Source: an uncultured Clostridia bacterium (GTDB taxonomy: Bacteria > Bacillota > Clostridia > Christensenellales > CAAEEZ01). Taken from it: DNA of 64,000 bases. Below are positions 18,992 through 29,958 of this stretch, in pieces (position 1 is the first letter of the stretch; the number at the start of each line of letters is the position of its first letter). The stretch spans positions 183,804 to 247,803 of the forward strand of contig CAKRNA010000003.1 of the NCBI GenBank assembly GCA_934365195.1. The letters run 5' to 3'. The position numbers were made by a program, and so were the translations under genes. The notes beneath the pieces are model-generated. The model was given only the letters and a program-made list of their open reading frames with translations. It searched no databases and had not been told where the DNA came from.

Positions 18992-20284
18992 TTATTTCAA
19001 GAATCCTTTATAGTATCTCATCATTACTTGCGATTCAAGTTGGGTATTAAATTCAAGCGCAACGCTTACCAAAATTAGTAGTCCCGTTGCCGAGAAAGCG
19101 TTTGCTAAACCTAGTTGTTGACCTATCGCTTGGAAAATGAAGGTAGGTATAACTGCGATTATTGCTAGGAAAATTGCACCGAACAAAGTGATACGGTTAT
19201 TGATTTTTCTTAGATAATCACAAGTAGGTTTACCAGGTCTAATACCTTGAACGTAACCGCCGTATTGTTGAATGTTTCTTGCTACGTCTTCAGGATTGAA
19301 TTGTATTTGAGCATAGAAATATGCAAAGAATACGATAAACAATACCATAAATACGTAATAAGGCCAAGTACCGACACCCATATTAGCCGAATACCATGCG
19401 TATGCTTTTGAAGTCGGCCAGAATAATCCCATTATCATTTGAGGGAACATCAAGAATGCGCTTGCAAAAATTATTGGCATAACGCCTGATGCGTTCACTC
19501 TGATAGGAATATGAGTTTTTTGTCCGCCGTACATTTTGTTACCTTTAACTTGTTTTGCGTATTGAACGGTTATTCTTCTTTCTGATAGATCAACGAATAT
19601 GATAAATACGAAGATAGCAATTATTACAAGAATAAAACCAAACAAGTTCCATAATAAGTTCAAGTTGTTAGAAATAACACCGAAACTATTAAGTAACGCA
19701 GTACCGCCGCCTGACAAAATACCGATAAAGATGATTAGCGACGTACCGTTGCCGATACCGTACTCGGTAATTCTTTCGCCTATCCACATAACAAGGGTAG
19801 AGCCGCCTACCAAAATTATGCCCATAAGCGCCATAGTACAGTAAACACTTGCTTCGCTGTCGCCAAAAGCAGGTTTTATAGAGCCTTTCCAACTCATTAA
19901 AACGCCGATAGATTGAATAATTGCAAGTACGATAGCCACGTATCTAGTGATTTGGGTAATCTTTTTTCTGCCCTCCTCACCTTCTTTAGACATCTTTTCC
20001 AAACGAGGAATAATCAGCGTTAGTAACTGCATTATAATGAATGCGTTAATGAACGGTATAATACCAAGTGCGAAGATAGTACCTTGACTAAGTGCGCCAC
20101 CTGATACGATTCCTAGTAGTTGGAAAAACTCGCTATCACCGATTAAACTACCTATAGCGTCGGCTTTAATACCCGGAACAGGAATAAAACAGCCTATACG
20201 GTATATGAAAATCATAAGTACCGTATATAGCATTTTTTTCCTAATGTTTTTATCTTTGAAAGCGTTCTTAATGGTTTCAAACAT
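18992..20284 (-). CDS. secY: preprotein translocase subunit SecY
   Basis: 430 aa polytopic protein in the canonical position after rplO. Confidence 0.95.
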   Translation of the reverse strand: MFETIKNAFKDKNIRKKMLYTVLMIFIYRIGCFIPVPGIKADAIGSLIGDSEFFQLLGIVSGGALSQGTIFALGIIPFINAFIIMQLLTLIIPRLEKMSKEGEEGRKKITQITRYVAIVLAIIQSIGVLMSWKGSIKPAFGDSEASVYCTMALMGIILVGGSTLVMWIGERITEYGIGNGTSLIIFIGILSGGGTALLNSFGVISNNLNLLWNLFGFILVIIAIFVFIIFVDLSERRITVQYAKQVKGNKMYGGQKTHIPIRVNASGVMPIIFASAFLMFPQMIMGLFWPTSKAYAWYSANMGVGTWPYYVFMVLFIVFFAYFYAQIQFNPEDVARNIQQYGGYVQGIRPGKPTCDYLRKINNRITLFGAIFLAIIAVIPTFIFQAIGQQLGLANAFSATGLLILVSVALEFNTQLESQVMMRYYKGFLK

Positions 20285-20727
20285 TATAACACCTCTACTT
20301 TTCCGCCTGCCTTCTCAATTTTCTCAATAGCAGATTGAGTAAACTTTTTAGCTTGTACGGTTAGACTTTTTGTCAATTCTCCGTTGCCCAATACTTTTAG
20401 TCCGTAATCCTCAATTTTGCCGATTAACCCCTTATCACGCAATAATTCAGCATTAACCACAGTACCGTTCTCGAAGCACTCGAAAGCGCTTACGTTAACG
20501 GTAGTAAATTCCTTCTTGAAGTGGTTGGTAAAACCTCTCTTAGGAAGTCTTCTAATCAAAGGCATTTGTCCGCCTTCAAAACCCGGACGAACACCGCCAC
20601 CGCTTCTTGCCCATTGACCTTTATGACCTTTTCCACTTGTTTTGCCCGTTCCGGAGCCTATACCTCTACCTAATCTTTTAGCAGGTTTTACAGCACCTTC
20701 ACTAGGTCTTAACTCATTTATTTTCAT
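20284..20727 (-). CDS. rplO: 50S ribosomal protein L15
   Basis: 147 aa with [19 protein letters not shown]. Confidence 0.95.
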   Translation of the reverse strand: MKINELRPSEGAVKPAKRLGRGIGSGTGKTSGKGHKGQWARSGGGVRPGFEGGQMPLIRRLPKRGFTNHFKKEFTTVNVSAFECFENGTVVNAELLRDKGLIGKIEDYGLKVLGNGELTKSLTVQAKKFTQSAIEKIEKAGGKVEVL

Positions 20728-20755
20728 ATTAAACCTCCGTGTCCTTATGTAAAGG

Positions 20756-20941
20756 TTAGTCTTCGACGGTTTCTACTTTAACAAGGTGACTTACCTTGCT
20801 AATCATACCACGAATAACTGCATTGTCCTCATGTACTTTGCTACTTCTAATTTTGTTTAAGCCCAAAGCCTCTACGGTTGCTTTTTGTTTAGCAAGACAG
20901 CCTATGGTACTTTTTACTAACGTAACTTTAATTTTACTCAT
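20756..20941 (-). CDS. rpmD: 50S ribosomal protein L30
   Basis: 61 aa, assigned by family resemblance and spc operon position. Confidence 0.9.
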   Translation of the reverse strand: MSKIKVTLVKSTIGCLAKQKATVEALGLNKIRSSKVHEDNAVIRGMISKVSHLVKVETVED

Positions 20942-20951
20942 TTTCTGCCTC

Positions 20952-21467
20952 CTAGCCTAAAACTTCTTCTACGGCTTTGCCTCTAAGTTTTGCAACTTGC
21001 TCAACGTTTCTTAACTCGGCAAGACCGTTGATGGTAGCCTTTACACAGTTGATAGGGTTATTAGAACCGTAAGATTTAGTTCTAATATCTTTAATACCAC
21101 AGCACTCTAATACCGCACGAACAGGACCGCCTGCGATAACTCCGGTACCTTCTTCGGCAGGTATCATAAGAACCTTACCTCTTGAGAATACACCGATTAC
21201 TTCGTGAGGAATAGAAGTTCCTTTTACGTTAACGGTTACCATGTTTAGTTTAGCGTCTTGTACAGCCTTATCGATAGCCTCTGGAACTTCGGCTGCCTTA
21301 CCGATACCGCAGCCAACTTGACCTTTGCCGTCGCCTACTACAACTAGTGCTGCAAATCTCATAGTTCTACCGCCCTTAACAACCTTGGTTACACGGTTGA
21401 TACTAACTAATTTACTAAAGATTTCGTCGTTTTCTCTATTTTTCTTGTTAAATTTCTCGTTTGCCAT
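20952..21467 (-). CDS. rpsE: 30S ribosomal protein S5
   Basis: 171 aa with the [14 protein letters not shown] motif. Confidence 0.95.
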   Translation of the reverse strand: MANEKFNKKNRENDEIFSKLVSINRVTKVVKGGRTMRFAALVVVGDGKGQVGCGIGKAAEVPEAIDKAVQDAKLNMVTVNVKGTSIPHEVIGVFSRGKVLMIPAEEGTGVIAGGPVRAVLECCGIKDIRTKSYGSNNPINCVKATINGLAELRNVEQVAKLRGKAVEEVLG

Positions 21468-21476
21468 AGTATCCTC

Positions 21477-21845
21477 CTAGAATTGTAAGCCCGCTTCTCT
21501 AGCGCCGTCAGCCAAAGCAGAAACTCTGCCGATATATGGGTATCCGCCTCTGTCGAAAACAACAGCCGTGATTCCAGCCTTCAATGCTCTTTCTGCAACG
21601 ACTTTGCCTACTACTTTTGCTGCGTCTACTTTGTTCAAGCCTTTTACCGTTTCGATAATTTCTTTTTCCATAGTAGAAGCGGAAACCAAAGTTTGTCCGT
21701 TCTCGTCGTTGATGATTTGAGCGTAGATATTAGCGTTACTTCTGAATACGTTCAAACGAGGTACAGCAGCCGTGCCCGAAATTTTTACTCTGATTCTACC
21801 GTGTCTTTTTTGTCTGGTAGCGTTTTTATCTTTCTTATTAATCAT
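21477..21845 (-). CDS. rplR: 50S ribosomal protein L18
   Basis: 122 aa, spc operon position. Confidence 0.95.
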   Translation of the reverse strand: MINKKDKNATRQKRHGRIRVKISGTAAVPRLNVFRSNANIYAQIINDENGQTLVSASTMEKEIIETVKGLNKVDAAKVVGKVVAERALKAGITAVVFDRGGYPYIGRVSALADGAREAGLQF

Positions 21846-21856
21846 TTCTTCGCTCC

Positions 21857-22396
21857 TTATTTACCTGCTTTCTTGCCTTCTTTTAGTTGTACGAATTCGT
21901 TAGTGTATCTAATTCCGTATCCGTGATATGGCTCAACCTTTCTAGCAGCCTTGATGGTTGCAGCGATTTGACCAACAGCGTCTTTGTCGATACCTTTTAC
22001 TACGATTTCAGTAATTGAAGGACACTCAAAAGTAATTCCGTCCGGCTCTTCGATTTCTACCGGATGAGAATAACCGATATTCATAACCAATTTTTTGCCT
22101 TGTTTTGCAACTTTGTAACCAACGCCCTTAACGGTAAGAGATTTAGAGAAACCTTTGGTAACTCCCTCTACCATATTGTTGATAAGTGCTCTGTACAAAC
22201 CGTGCATAGCCTTAACGTCTTTGTCTTCGCTGGTTCTGGTTACTACTACTTCGTTGTTCTCAACTGCTACGTTGATTGCTTTGTTGTAGTCTTGTTTTAA
22301 CTCTCCTAGAGGGCCTTTAACCGTAACAACGTAATTGTCAACGGTAACGGTAACACCTTGAGGGATACTGATAGGAAGTCTTCCGATTCTTGACAT
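21857..22396 (-). CDS. rplF: 50S ribosomal protein L6
   Basis: MSRIGRLPI start, preceded by AGGAGG. The track ORF extends to 22414. Confidence 0.95.
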   Translation of the reverse strand: MSRIGRLPISIPQGVTVTVDNYVVTVKGPLGELKQDYNKAINVAVENNEVVVTRTSEDKDVKAMHGLYRALINNMVEGVTKGFSKSLTVKGVGYKVAKQGKKLVMNIGYSHPVEIEEPDGITFECPSITEIVVKGIDKDAVGQIAATIKAARKVEPYHGYGIRYTNEFVQLKEGKKAGK

Positions 22397-22407
22397 TTTC
22401 TTACCTC

Positions 22408-22800
22408 CTACCAAATGTAAGCAAGAACTTCGCCACCAACGTGGTTTGCTCTAGCCTCTTTATCCGTCATAATACCCTTAGATGTAGACAATATAGCAAT
22501 ACCCATACCGTTTAATACCTTAGGAATATTATCAACTTCTGCATAAATACGAAGACCCGGCTTACTGATTCTCTTTAAACCGGTGATAACTTTCTCGTTT
22601 TTGCCGGCATATTTCAAAGTGATTTTGATAGTGCCTTGAACTTCGCCGTCGATAGCCTCAACCTTCGTAACGTAACCTTCTTGTTCCATAATATTTGCTA
22701 TAGCAAGTTTAATTTTAGAAGCAGGCACTTCAACATACTCTTTTTTAGCAGTTAGGCCGTTTCTAATTCTAGTAAGCAAATCTGCGATTGGATCTGTCAT
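22408..22800 (-). CDS. rpsH: 30S ribosomal protein S8
   Basis: [16 protein letters not shown]-terminus. Confidence 0.95.
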   Translation of the reverse strand: MTDPIADLLTRIRNGLTAKKEYVEVPASKIKLAIANIMEQEGYVTKVEAIDGEVQGTIKITLKYAGKNEKVITGLKRISKPGLRIYAEVDNIPKVLNGMGIAILSTSKGIMTDKEARANHVGGEVLAYIW

Positions 22801-22815
22801 TTCTTTCTCCTCCTA

Positions 22816-23001
22816 TTACCAACTTGCCTTCTTTACTCCAGGGATTTGACCTTTGTAAGCCAACTCTCTAAAGCAGATTCTGCAAATACCGTATTTCTTC
22901 AAAACAGCGTGAGGTCTTCCGCAGATTTTACATCTGGTGTATTCTCTGGTAGAAAACTTTTGCGTTTTTTGTTGTTTATTTATCATTGCTTTCTTAGCCA
23001 T
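22816..23001 (-). CDS. rpsN: 30S ribosomal protein S14, zinc-binding type Z
   Basis: 61 aa with CKICGRP...CRIC. Confidence 0.95.
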   Translation of the reverse strand: MAKKAMINKQQKTQKFSTREYTRCKICGRPHAVLKKYGICRICFRELAYKGQIPGVKKASW

Positions 23002-23019
23002 AAGTCGTTATTCCTCCTA

Positions 23020-23610
23020 TTATTTGGCAAAAGGCATTCCAACAAGAGTTAGTAACTCTTTAGCCTCTTCGTCCGTATTAGCGGTAGTGATAATACAAAT
23101 ATCAAAACCTCTAACTTTCTCTACTTTATCGTAAGAGATTTCAGGGAATATCAATTGCTCTTTTACGCCCATAGCGTAGTTGCCTCTTCCGTCGAAAGAC
23201 TTAGCAGGAACACCCTTAAAGTCTCTTACACGAGGAAGTGCGATAGAGATAAGTTTATCTAAGAAATCGTACATTCTAGCACCTCTTAGAGTAACCTTAG
23301 CACCAACCGGCATATTCTCTCTTACTTTGAAGTTAGCAATGCTCTTCTTTGATTTGGTAACAATAGGCTTTTGACCTGCGATTTGCATCAACTCGTCAAC
23401 TGCTGCGTTAAAACTCTTCGAGTTATCTTTAACGTCGCCAAGTCCCATATTGATAACGATTTTCTCAATTTTTGGAACCATATTAACGTTTTTGTAACCG
23501 AACTTTTTAATTAGAGCAGGAACAGCCTCTTCTAAATATAGTTTCTTAATTCTATATCTTTCTGAATCGGTTGCTTTACTTGTTGCAACCTGATTTTTCT
23601 TATTTGCCAT
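23020..23610 (-). CDS. rplE: 50S ribosomal protein L5
   Basis: 196 aa; L5 core preceded by an N-terminal extension of about 17 aa. Confidence 0.95.
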   Translation of the reverse strand: MANKKNQVATSKATDSERYRIKKLYLEEAVPALIKKFGYKNVNMVPKIEKIVINMGLGDVKDNSKSFNAAVDELMQIAGQKPIVTKSKKSIANFKVRENMPVGAKVTLRGARMYDFLDKLISIALPRVRDFKGVPAKSFDGRGNYAMGVKEQLIFPEISYDKVEKVRGFDICIITTANTDEEAKELLTLVGMPFAK

Positions 23611-23624
23611 TATCTTTCCTCCGA

Positions 23625-24035
23625 TTATTCAGCCGCTTCGGTGCTGACTTTCTTAGTTGCTTTTTTAGTGGTTTTCTTTGCTACTTTCTTAGCCGATTTC
23701 TTAGCAGCCTTCTCGTCTAGGCTAGCACCACATTTAGCGCAAATTCTAACTTTTACTTGTTTGCCGTCTTTTTCAACTACTTCGTGCTTAACTCTAACTA
23801 CTTTTTCACACTTAGGGCAAACCAACATTACGTTAGACACGTCAATGCTACCTGCTTGTTTTACGATACCGCCCTTTTCTTGAGCGCTTCTAGGTCTTAC
23901 GCTTTTAGAAATCATGTTAGCGTCGTCAACGATTACTCTATGAGCATCTGGATTTACGCTAATAACTTCGCCAGACTTACCTTTATCTTTTCCGGCAATA
24001 ATCATTACGACGTCGCCTTTCTTAATATTATTCAT
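23625..24035 (-). CDS. rplX: 50S ribosomal protein L24 with a CxxC..CxxC insert and a Lys/Ala-rich tail
   Basis: KOW motif [16 protein letters not shown], then CPKC...CAKC and a [18 protein letters not shown] tail. Confidence 0.9.
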   Translation of the reverse strand: MNNIKKGDVVMIIAGKDKGKSGEVISVNPDAHRVIVDDANMISKSVRPRSAQEKGGIVKQAGSIDVSNVMLVCPKCEKVVRVKHEVVEKDGKQVKVRICAKCGASLDEKAAKKSAKKVAKKTTKKATKKVSTEAAE

Positions 24036-24044
24036 AAGTCCCTC

Positions 24045-24413
24045 CTATAAAACTTCCGGAGCAAGAGATATAATCTTCATAAAGTCTCTATCTCTAAGTT
24101 CACGTGCGATAGGTCCAAAAATACGAGTTCCTTTCGGTTGTTTTTGGTTGTCTATAATTACTGCTGCGTTATCGTCAAATCTGATGTGAGAACCGTCCGG
24201 TCTTCTTACGCTGTTAGTAGTTCTTACGATAACTGCTTTTACTACGTCGCCTTTTTTAACTGCGCCACCAGGGGTAGCCGTCTTAACGCTTGCAACGATA
24301 ACGTCGCCTACCGAACCGGTTTTACGATAAGAACCGCCAAGAACTCTGATGCACATAATTTCTTTTGCGCCCGAATTGTCTGCTGCATTAAGAATAGTTT
24401 GTTGTTGTATCAT
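24045..24413 (-). CDS. rplN: 50S ribosomal protein L14
   Basis: MIQQQT N-terminus. 122 aa. Confidence 0.95.
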   Translation of the reverse strand: MIQQQTILNAADNSGAKEIMCIRVLGGSYRKTGSVGDVIVASVKTATPGGAVKKGDVVKAVIVRTTNSVRRPDGSHIRFDDNAAVIIDNQKQPKGTRIFGPIARELRDRDFMKIISLAPEVL

Positions 24414-24424
24414 TTTCTACCTCC

Positions 24425-24703
24425 TTATTCAGCCTTGGTGATGACTTTTACAAGTCTCCAGCACTTGTTCTTAGACATAGGTCTGGTCTCGGCAATCATT
24501 ACTTTGTCACCGATGTTGCACTCGTTGTTAACATCGTGAGCCATAACTTTCTTTGTTTTTGTAATATATTTTTTGTATAGAGGATGTTTGAACCTGTTTT
24601 CGATAGCAACTACGATGGTTTTGTCCATTTTGTTGCTAACTACCATACCAACTCTGGTCTTACGAAGGGTTCTAGCCTCTGCGTTTTTATTCATTTCTTC
24701 CAT
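24425..24703 (-). CDS. rpsQ: 30S ribosomal protein S17
   Basis: S17 core [20 protein letters not shown] prefer the third codon (24703) as start because GGAGG lies 6 nt upstream. Confidence 0.9.
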   Translation of the reverse strand: MEEMNKNAEARTLRKTRVGMVVSNKMDKTIVVAIENRFKHPLYKKYITKTKKVMAHDVNNECNIGDKVMIAETRPMSKNKCWRLVKVITKAE

Positions 24704-24717
24704 TTTCATCCTCCACC

Positions 24718-24957
24718 TTATTTAGTAGCCTTTGTTTTTTTAGCCGCTTTAGTAGGTTCGCTTGAAATATTTAACTCTCTTTCTCTTAAGATAGTTTTGA
24801 TTCTTGCAATATCCTTCTTAGTAGTATTTATTACGTTAGAATTGCTTAATTGATTTGTAGCATTCTTGAAACGTAGGAAGAATAACTCTGATTTTAATTC
24901 GTTCAATTTTGCTACTAATTCGTCATTAGTCATTTCAAAAAATTGTTTCGCTTTCAT
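24718..24957 (-). CDS. rpmC: 50S ribosomal protein L29
   Basis: 79 aa; L29 core plus a Lys-rich C-terminal tail. Confidence 0.9.
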   Translation of the reverse strand: MKAKQFFEMTNDELVAKLNELKSELFFLRFKNATNQLSNSNVINTTKKDIARIKTILRERELNISSEPTKAAKKTKATK

Positions 24958-24959
24958 TA

Positions 24960-25385
24960 TTATGCCTCCTCTACTACGTCTTCCTTCTTCACAAACTTAG
25001 TCTTAATAGGCAATTTGTGAGAAGCAAGTCTTAATGCTTCACGGGCAACTTCTTCAGAAATACCGCTCATTTCGAACAATACTCTGCCCGGTTTAACTAC
25101 TGCTACCCAGTACTCAGGAGAACCTTTACCGCTACCCATACGAGTTTCAGCCGGTTTCTCGGTTACTGATTTGTGAGGGAAAATGTCTATCCAAACTTTT
25201 CCGCCTCTCTTGATATATCTCGTCATTGCGATACGTGCTGCTTCAATTTGGTTAGAGGTGATCCAAGCAGGCTCTAACGCTACCAAACCGTACTCGCCGT
25301 AAGCGATAACGTTTCCTTTGTTAGCCTTACCTTTCATTCTACCACGGAAGACTTTTCTTCTCTTCACTCTTTTAGGCATTAACAT
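24960..25385 (-). CDS. rplP: 50S ribosomal protein L16
   Basis: [12 protein letters not shown]-terminus. Confidence 0.95.
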   Translation of the reverse strand: MLMPKRVKRRKVFRGRMKGKANKGNVIAYGEYGLVALEPAWITSNQIEAARIAMTRYIKRGGKVWIDIFPHKSVTEKPAETRMGSGKGSPEYWVAVVKPGRVLFEMSGISEEVAREALRLASHKLPIKTKFVKKEDVVEEA

Positions 25386-26047
25386 TATGCTTCTCCTCCT
25401 TGTCTTAACGACTCTTTACCAAGGATTTCACCTTTATAAATCCAAACTTTTACGCCGATTACACCGAAAGTGGTGTTTGCCTCAGCAAAACCGTAGTCGA
25501 TATCAGCCCTTAAAGTTTGTAGAGGAATAGAACCCTCTCTGTAACTCTCGCTTCTAGCAATTTCAGCACCGTTTAATCTGCCTGAGCACATGGTTTTGAT
25601 ACCCTTAGCGCCGGCCTTCATAGTTCTAGACATTGCTTGTTTCATAGCACGACGGAAAGCAACCCTCTTTTCTAGTTGCGCTGCGATTGACTCGGCAACT
25701 AGTTGAGCGTCTGCGTCTGCTCTCTTTACTTCCATAATATTGATATTAACGGTTCTGTTTGGGCAAAGTTTAGAAACTTGTTGTTTAATTTTCTCAACGC
25801 CTGCGCCACCTTTACCTATCATAACGCCCGGTTTAGCGGTGTAGATGCTAACGTTTAATTTGTTAGCAGATCTATCGATAGTGATTTTAGAAATAGCAGA
25901 ATCGTAATATTCTTTCTTTATAAACTTTCTTACTTTATCGTCTTCGATAAGGAAATCTGAAAAGTTCTTTTTATTAGCGTACCATTGTGCGTCCCAGCCT
26001 TTGATAACGCCTACTCTAAGTCCGTGTGGATTAACTTTTTGTCCCAT
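25385..26047 (-). CDS. rpsC: 30S ribosomal protein S3
   Basis: [14 protein letters not shown]-terminus and a KH domain. Confidence 0.95.
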   Translation of the reverse strand: MGQKVNPHGLRVGVIKGWDAQWYANKKNFSDFLIEDDKVRKFIKKEYYDSAISKITIDRSANKLNVSIYTAKPGVMIGKGGAGVEKIKQQVSKLCPNRTVNINIMEVKRADADAQLVAESIAAQLEKRVAFRRAMKQAMSRTMKAGAKGIKTMCSGRLNGAEIARSESYREGSIPLQTLRADIDYGFAEANTTFGVIGVKVWIYKGEILGKESLRQGGEA

Positions 26048-26056
26048 TTTATCCTC

Positions 26057-26446
26057 CTAGCAATTTACAGCATCTAAAATGATGGTAATATGACTTGTAC
26101 GTTTGTCGATTCTAAACGCTCTACCTTGTGAATGTGGTTGCATTCTTTTAAGAATAGGGCCTTGATCAGCAAAACATTCTGCTACGAACAAATCATCTTT
26201 GCTCATATTAAGGTTGTTCTCTGCGTTTGCTGCTGCTGAGTTAAGCACCTTAATAATCGGCTTGCTTGCAGCCTTAGGAGTGTTTTCCAAAATAGCAAGG
26301 GCTTCGTTATATTTTTTGCCTCTGATTACGTCCAAAACAATTCTTACTTTGTATGGAGAAATCCTGATATATCTTGCAGTAGCCATAGGTCTTTTATCAG
26401 CGTTAGCCTTTCTAGCGGCTGCCTTTTCTCTACTTCTTGTAGCCAT
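26057..26446 (-). CDS. rplV: 50S ribosomal protein L22
   Basis: 129 aa; L22 core with a basic N-terminal extension. Confidence 0.9.
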   Translation of the reverse strand: MATRSREKAAARKANADKRPMATARYIRISPYKVRIVLDVIRGKKYNEALAILENTPKAASKPIIKVLNSAAANAENNLNMSKDDLFVAECFADQGPILKRMQPHSQGRAFRIDKRTSHITIILDAVNC

Positions 26447-26456
26447 TTCTTACCTC

Positions 26457-26735
26457 CTATCTTCCTTTAGATGCCTTTTCGCCGGCATGTCCTTTGTAAG
26501 TTCTGGTTGGAGCGAACTCACCTAATTTGCAACCTACCATATCCTCGGTAATATATACCGGAACGTGTTTTCTTCCATCGTGAACTGCGATAGTATGACC
26601 AACCATTTGTGGAAAGATTGTTGATGACCTTGACCAAGTCTTAACAGGTTTCTTGCTACCGCTTTCATTCATACTAATTATTCTTTTTAATAATCTTTCT
26701 TCTACGAAAGGTCCTTTTTTAACTGATCTACTCAT
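26457..26735 (-). CDS. rpsS: 30S ribosomal protein S19
   Basis: [10 protein letters not shown] start, preceded by GGAGGA. Confidence 0.95.
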   Translation of the reverse strand: MSRSVKKGPFVEERLLKRIISMNESGSKKPVKTWSRSSTIFPQMVGHTIAVHDGRKHVPVYITEDMVGCKLGEFAPTRTYKGHAGEKASKGR

Positions 26736-26746
26736 TGTATCCTCCA

Positions 26747-27574
26747 CTAATTTATACGCTTGATAATCATACTGTTGCTAGCGTTCTTCTTCTTCCTAGT
26801 CTTGTAACCAAGAGCAGGTTTACCCCAAGGAGTAACCGGGCTTGGCATACCAACCGGAGATTTACCTTCACCACCACCGTGTGGGTGATCGCATGGGTTC
26901 ATAACAACACCTCTAACAGTAGGTCTAACGCCCATATGACGTGTTTTACCTGCCTTACCAACTCTAACGATTTCGTGGTCTAGGTTTCCGATTTGACCAA
27001 CGGTTGCTCTACAACCAATCAAAACGTATCTCATTTCGCCGCTTGGTAATCTTAGAATTGCGTACTTGCCTTCTTTACCCATAAGTTGTGCAGAAGTACC
27101 TGCCGAACGAACAAGTTGTCCGCCTTTCTTAGGTTGAAGTTCGATATTGTGTACTAGAGTACCTACAGGAATATTTTCAAGAGGAAGTGAGTTTCCTGCT
27201 TTGATATCTGCATTTGCTCCGCTCATTACAACGTCGCCTACGGTTAGGCCAAGAGGAGCAAGGATATATCTCTTTTCGCCGTCTGCGTAGCAAAGTAATG
27301 CGATGTTAGCCGAACGGTTTGGATCGTACTCGATGCTTACTACTTTAGCAGGGATATTGTCCTTATTTCTTTTGAAATCTATAATTCTGTATTTTTGTCT
27401 ATTTCCGCCACCGATATGTCTTACGGTAATTTTGCCTTGAGCATTTCTACCGCCGGTCTTGTTCAAACTTACTAACAAACTTCTTTCAGGAGTAGTGGTA
27501 GTAATCTCTGAGAAAGCCGATACCGACATAAATCTACGAGCAGGAGAAGTTGGTTTATATCTCTTTATAGCCAT
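26747..27574 (-). CDS. rplB: 50S ribosomal protein L2
   Basis: 275 aa with the HPHGGGEG motif. Confidence 0.95.
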   Translation of the reverse strand: MAIKRYKPTSPARRFMSVSAFSEITTTTPERSLLVSLNKTGGRNAQGKITVRHIGGGNRQKYRIIDFKRNKDNIPAKVVSIEYDPNRSANIALLCYADGEKRYILAPLGLTVGDVVMSGANADIKAGNSLPLENIPVGTLVHNIELQPKKGGQLVRSAGTSAQLMGKEGKYAILRLPSGEMRYVLIGCRATVGQIGNLDHEIVRVGKAGKTRHMGVRPTVRGVVMNPCDHPHGGGEGKSPVGMPSPVTPWGKPALGYKTRKKKNASNSMIIKRIN

Positions 27575-27589
27575 TATTATATCCTCCTA

Positions 27590-27880
27590 TTAAGACAGGC
27601 TCTCGAAGAACTCGATTGCTTTGCTGTCTGCGGTTAGTTGAACGATTGCTTTCTTATAAGAAGGTCTTCTTCCCTCGCTTCTGCCCATTCTCTTCAACTT
27701 ACCTTGAACGTTTGCCGTGTTAACTTTTTGTACCTTTACCTTGAAGATTTCTTCAACAGCCATTTTGATTTGAGTTTTGTTAGCATCCTTTCTAACTTCA
27801 AAAGTGTAAACTTTATCTTGGATACCATCGTAACTTTTCTCAGATAAAATAGGTCTGATTATTACGTCGTAAGCCGTCAT
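27590..27880 (-). CDS. rplW: 50S ribosomal protein L23
   Basis: 96 aa, S10 operon position. Confidence 0.95.
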   Translation of the reverse strand: MTAYDVIIRPILSEKSYDGIQDKVYTFEVRKDANKTQIKMAVEEIFKVKVQKVNTANVQGKLKRMGRSEGRRPSYKKAIVQLTADSKAIEFFESLS

Positions 27881-28500
27881 TATGCATATACCTCCTCAAG
27901 TTTTTCTACTGCCTTTTTAGTAAATAGGCAATTTTTGTTTGCAACCAAGTCGTAAACGTTTACAAGGTCAACGTGACAAGCGACAACGGTTGGGATATTC
28001 TTAGATGCTCTTGCAATCAAACTGTCGCTATCATCGTAAACTAAATAAGTAGTTTTATCTAGTTTCAAGTTCTTTAGCAAGGTTGCAATCTCTTTGGTTT
28101 TGTTTTCTTTCAATGCGATTTCGTTAACAACGGTGAATTCGTTGTCTGCTACTTTCTTAGATAGTGCGCTAGCAAGTGCAGCGTCCTTCATCTTCTTGTT
28201 TATTTTCTTAGAGAAATCACGAGGCTTTGGTGCGAATACTACGCCGCCCTTTACGAATTGAGGAGCACGAATCGAACCTTGTCTTGCTCTACCCGTTCCT
28301 TTTTGTCTGTAAGGTTTAATTCCACCGCCACGAACTTCGGTTCTGGTCAAAGTACATTTAGTACCTTGTCTTTTGTTAGCAAGTTGAGCAACAACTACTT
28401 GGTGAATCAACGCCTCGTTATATTCAGCAGCAAATAAACCGTCATTTAAATTCATTTTTCCACAAACTTTACCTGTGGTGTTTACAACATTAATTTCCAT
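27880..28500 (-). CDS. rplD: 50S ribosomal protein L4
   Basis: 206 aa with the [15 protein letters not shown] motif. Confidence 0.95.
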   Translation of the reverse strand: MEINVVNTTGKVCGKMNLNDGLFAAEYNEALIHQVVVAQLANKRQGTKCTLTRTEVRGGGIKPYRQKGTGRARQGSIRAPQFVKGGVVFAPKPRDFSKKINKKMKDAALASALSKKVADNEFTVVNEIALKENKTKEIATLLKNLKLDKTTYLVYDDSDSLIARASKNIPTVVACHVDLVNVYDLVANKNCLFTKKAVEKLEEVYA

Positions 28501-28516
28501 AGTTATTTACTCCTTA

Positions 28517-29146
28517 TTAACCTTTGATAGATTGTTTTACAACAACCATACCGCCCTTAGGTCCCGGGATACCGCCTTTGATTAAAAGCAAGTTTCTATC
28601 GCTGTCTACTTTAGCAACGGTTAGATTTTGCATAGTAACGGTGTCAACACCATAGTGACCTGGCATTTTGTGATTTTTGAACACTCTGCTTGGGCTAGAA
28701 CATGCGCTTAGCGAACCCGGTGCTCTGTGGAACTTAGAACCGTGTGCCATAGGGCCGCAAGATGCGTTCCATCTTTTAATAGTACCGCTGTAACCGTGAC
28801 CTTTAGAAGTACCTACAACGTCTACTTTGTCGCCGTTTGCGAATACGTCGCATTTGATTTCTTGACCAACTTGATAGTCAGCGCAGTTAGAGAATTTGAA
28901 TTCTTTCAAGAATCTCTTAGGAGCAACGTTTGCTTTTTTGAATTGTCCAAGCATAGGCTTGTTTACGTTCTTTTCCTTTACGTCGCCGAAAGCGATTTGT
29001 ATTGCCTCGTAGCCATCTCTGTCAACAGTTTTAACTTGCGTTACAAAGCAAGGACCTGCTTCAACTACGGTTACCGGTATTACAATGCCCTCTTCGGTAA
29101 AGATTTGGCTCATACCTAATTTTTTTCCAATGATTGCTTTATTCAT
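28517..29146 (-). CDS. rplC: 50S ribosomal protein L3
   Basis: 209 aa with [10 protein letters not shown] at the N-terminus. Confidence 0.95.
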   Translation of the reverse strand: MNKAIIGKKLGMSQIFTEEGIVIPVTVVEAGPCFVTQVKTVDRDGYEAIQIAFGDVKEKNVNKPMLGQFKKANVAPKRFLKEFKFSNCADYQVGQEIKCDVFANGDKVDVVGTSKGHGYSGTIKRWNASCGPMAHGSKFHRAPGSLSACSSPSRVFKNHKMPGHYGVDTVTMQNLTVAKVDSDRNLLLIKGGIPGPKGGMVVVKQSIKG

Positions 29147-29173
29147 AGATAAAGTTCACCTCCGATTTATTTG

Positions 29174-29482
29174 TTAAAGTTTGATTTGAATATCAACGCC
29201 TGCCGGTAAGTCAAGTTTCATTAAGTTTTCAACAGTCTTAGCAGTAGGATTGTAGATATCAATCAATCTTTTATGTGTTCTTAGTTCGAATTGCTCTCTA
29301 CTATCTTTGTACTTGTGCGGTGAACGCAAGATAGTAATTACTTCCTTATCAGTAGGAAGTGGAATAGGACCAGAAACTTTCGTTCCGGTTCTCTTTACTG
29401 TTTCTACGATTTTGTCTGCAGAAACGTCAATCAAATCGTGATCATACGCTTTAAGTTTGATTCTGATTTTTTGTCCAGCCAT
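29174..29482 (-). CDS. rpsJ: 30S ribosomal protein S10
   Basis: 102 aa with [12 protein letters not shown] at the N-terminus. Confidence 0.95.
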   Translation of the reverse strand: MAGQKIRIKLKAYDHDLIDVSADKIVETVKRTGTKVSGPIPLPTDKEVITILRSPHKYKDSREQFELRTHKRLIDIYNPTAKTVENLMKLDLPAGVDIQIKL

Positions 29483-29688
29483 TTTTAATATCCTCCATAT
29501 TTTTCTAACCCTCTCGCATACACCTATCCGTGTGTGTCGTACTGTTCTGATAAAAAAAACGGGGCTTACCGTTTAAGTTATATAGAGTTAGTCGCTTGAA
29601 TTTTTTCAAACTTTAGTCCGTGGAAATTTTCTCCGTTAAGTGTATGAGTAACCTCCCACATCATCCGTAAAAGTCGAACAGCCTAATA
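29483..29688 (-). promoter_or_regulatory. long, GC-enriched 5' leader of the S10 operon (about 200 nt) with an internal terminator-like hairpin
   Basis: Minus strand AAACGG-TAAGCC-CCGTTT followed by five T at 29552-29574. CATACAC (around 29641-29647) and GTGTATG (around 29520-29526) could form an enclosing helix. Confidence 0.4.
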
Positions 29689-29717
29689 ATGATATACTTT
29701 TTAAAAAAATATGTCAA
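29689..29717 (-). promoter_or_regulatory. sigma-A type promoter of the S10 operon
   Basis: Minus strand TTGACA, 17 nt spacer, TATCAT. Confidence 0.55.
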
Positions 29718-29907
29718 GCAAAAATTATAGGTTTTCATACATTTCTTGCATATATTGATTTTTTATTTAAAAACACACAATATAGCCGATTTTTATTTAT
29801 TATTTATTGATTACTTACCTAAATACATATATATTATATATATAGAAAACAACTTTTTTTAAAAATAGACTGCTTTATCCAAGAACAATTCTATTTTATT
29901 TTTTTAT

Positions 29908-29936
29908 TTGATTTATCTATTTCACTATGTTATAAT
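29908..29936 (+). promoter_or_regulatory. sigma-A type promoter of the O-antigen-ligase-like gene
   Basis: TTGATT, 17 nt spacer, TATAAT, 22 nt before the ATG at 29959. Confidence 0.5.
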
Positions 29937-29958
29937 TCATAAGTAAGGAATTTTGTTT

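Noticed and set aside
23625-24035. The CxxC..CxxC insert in L24 as a novel zinc-binding ribosomal protein.
   Set aside because: From memory, L24 of other Clostridia and of Thermotoga carries a similar four-cysteine insert, so the zinc ribbon is probably not new. Only the Lys/Ala tail is noted, at low interest.
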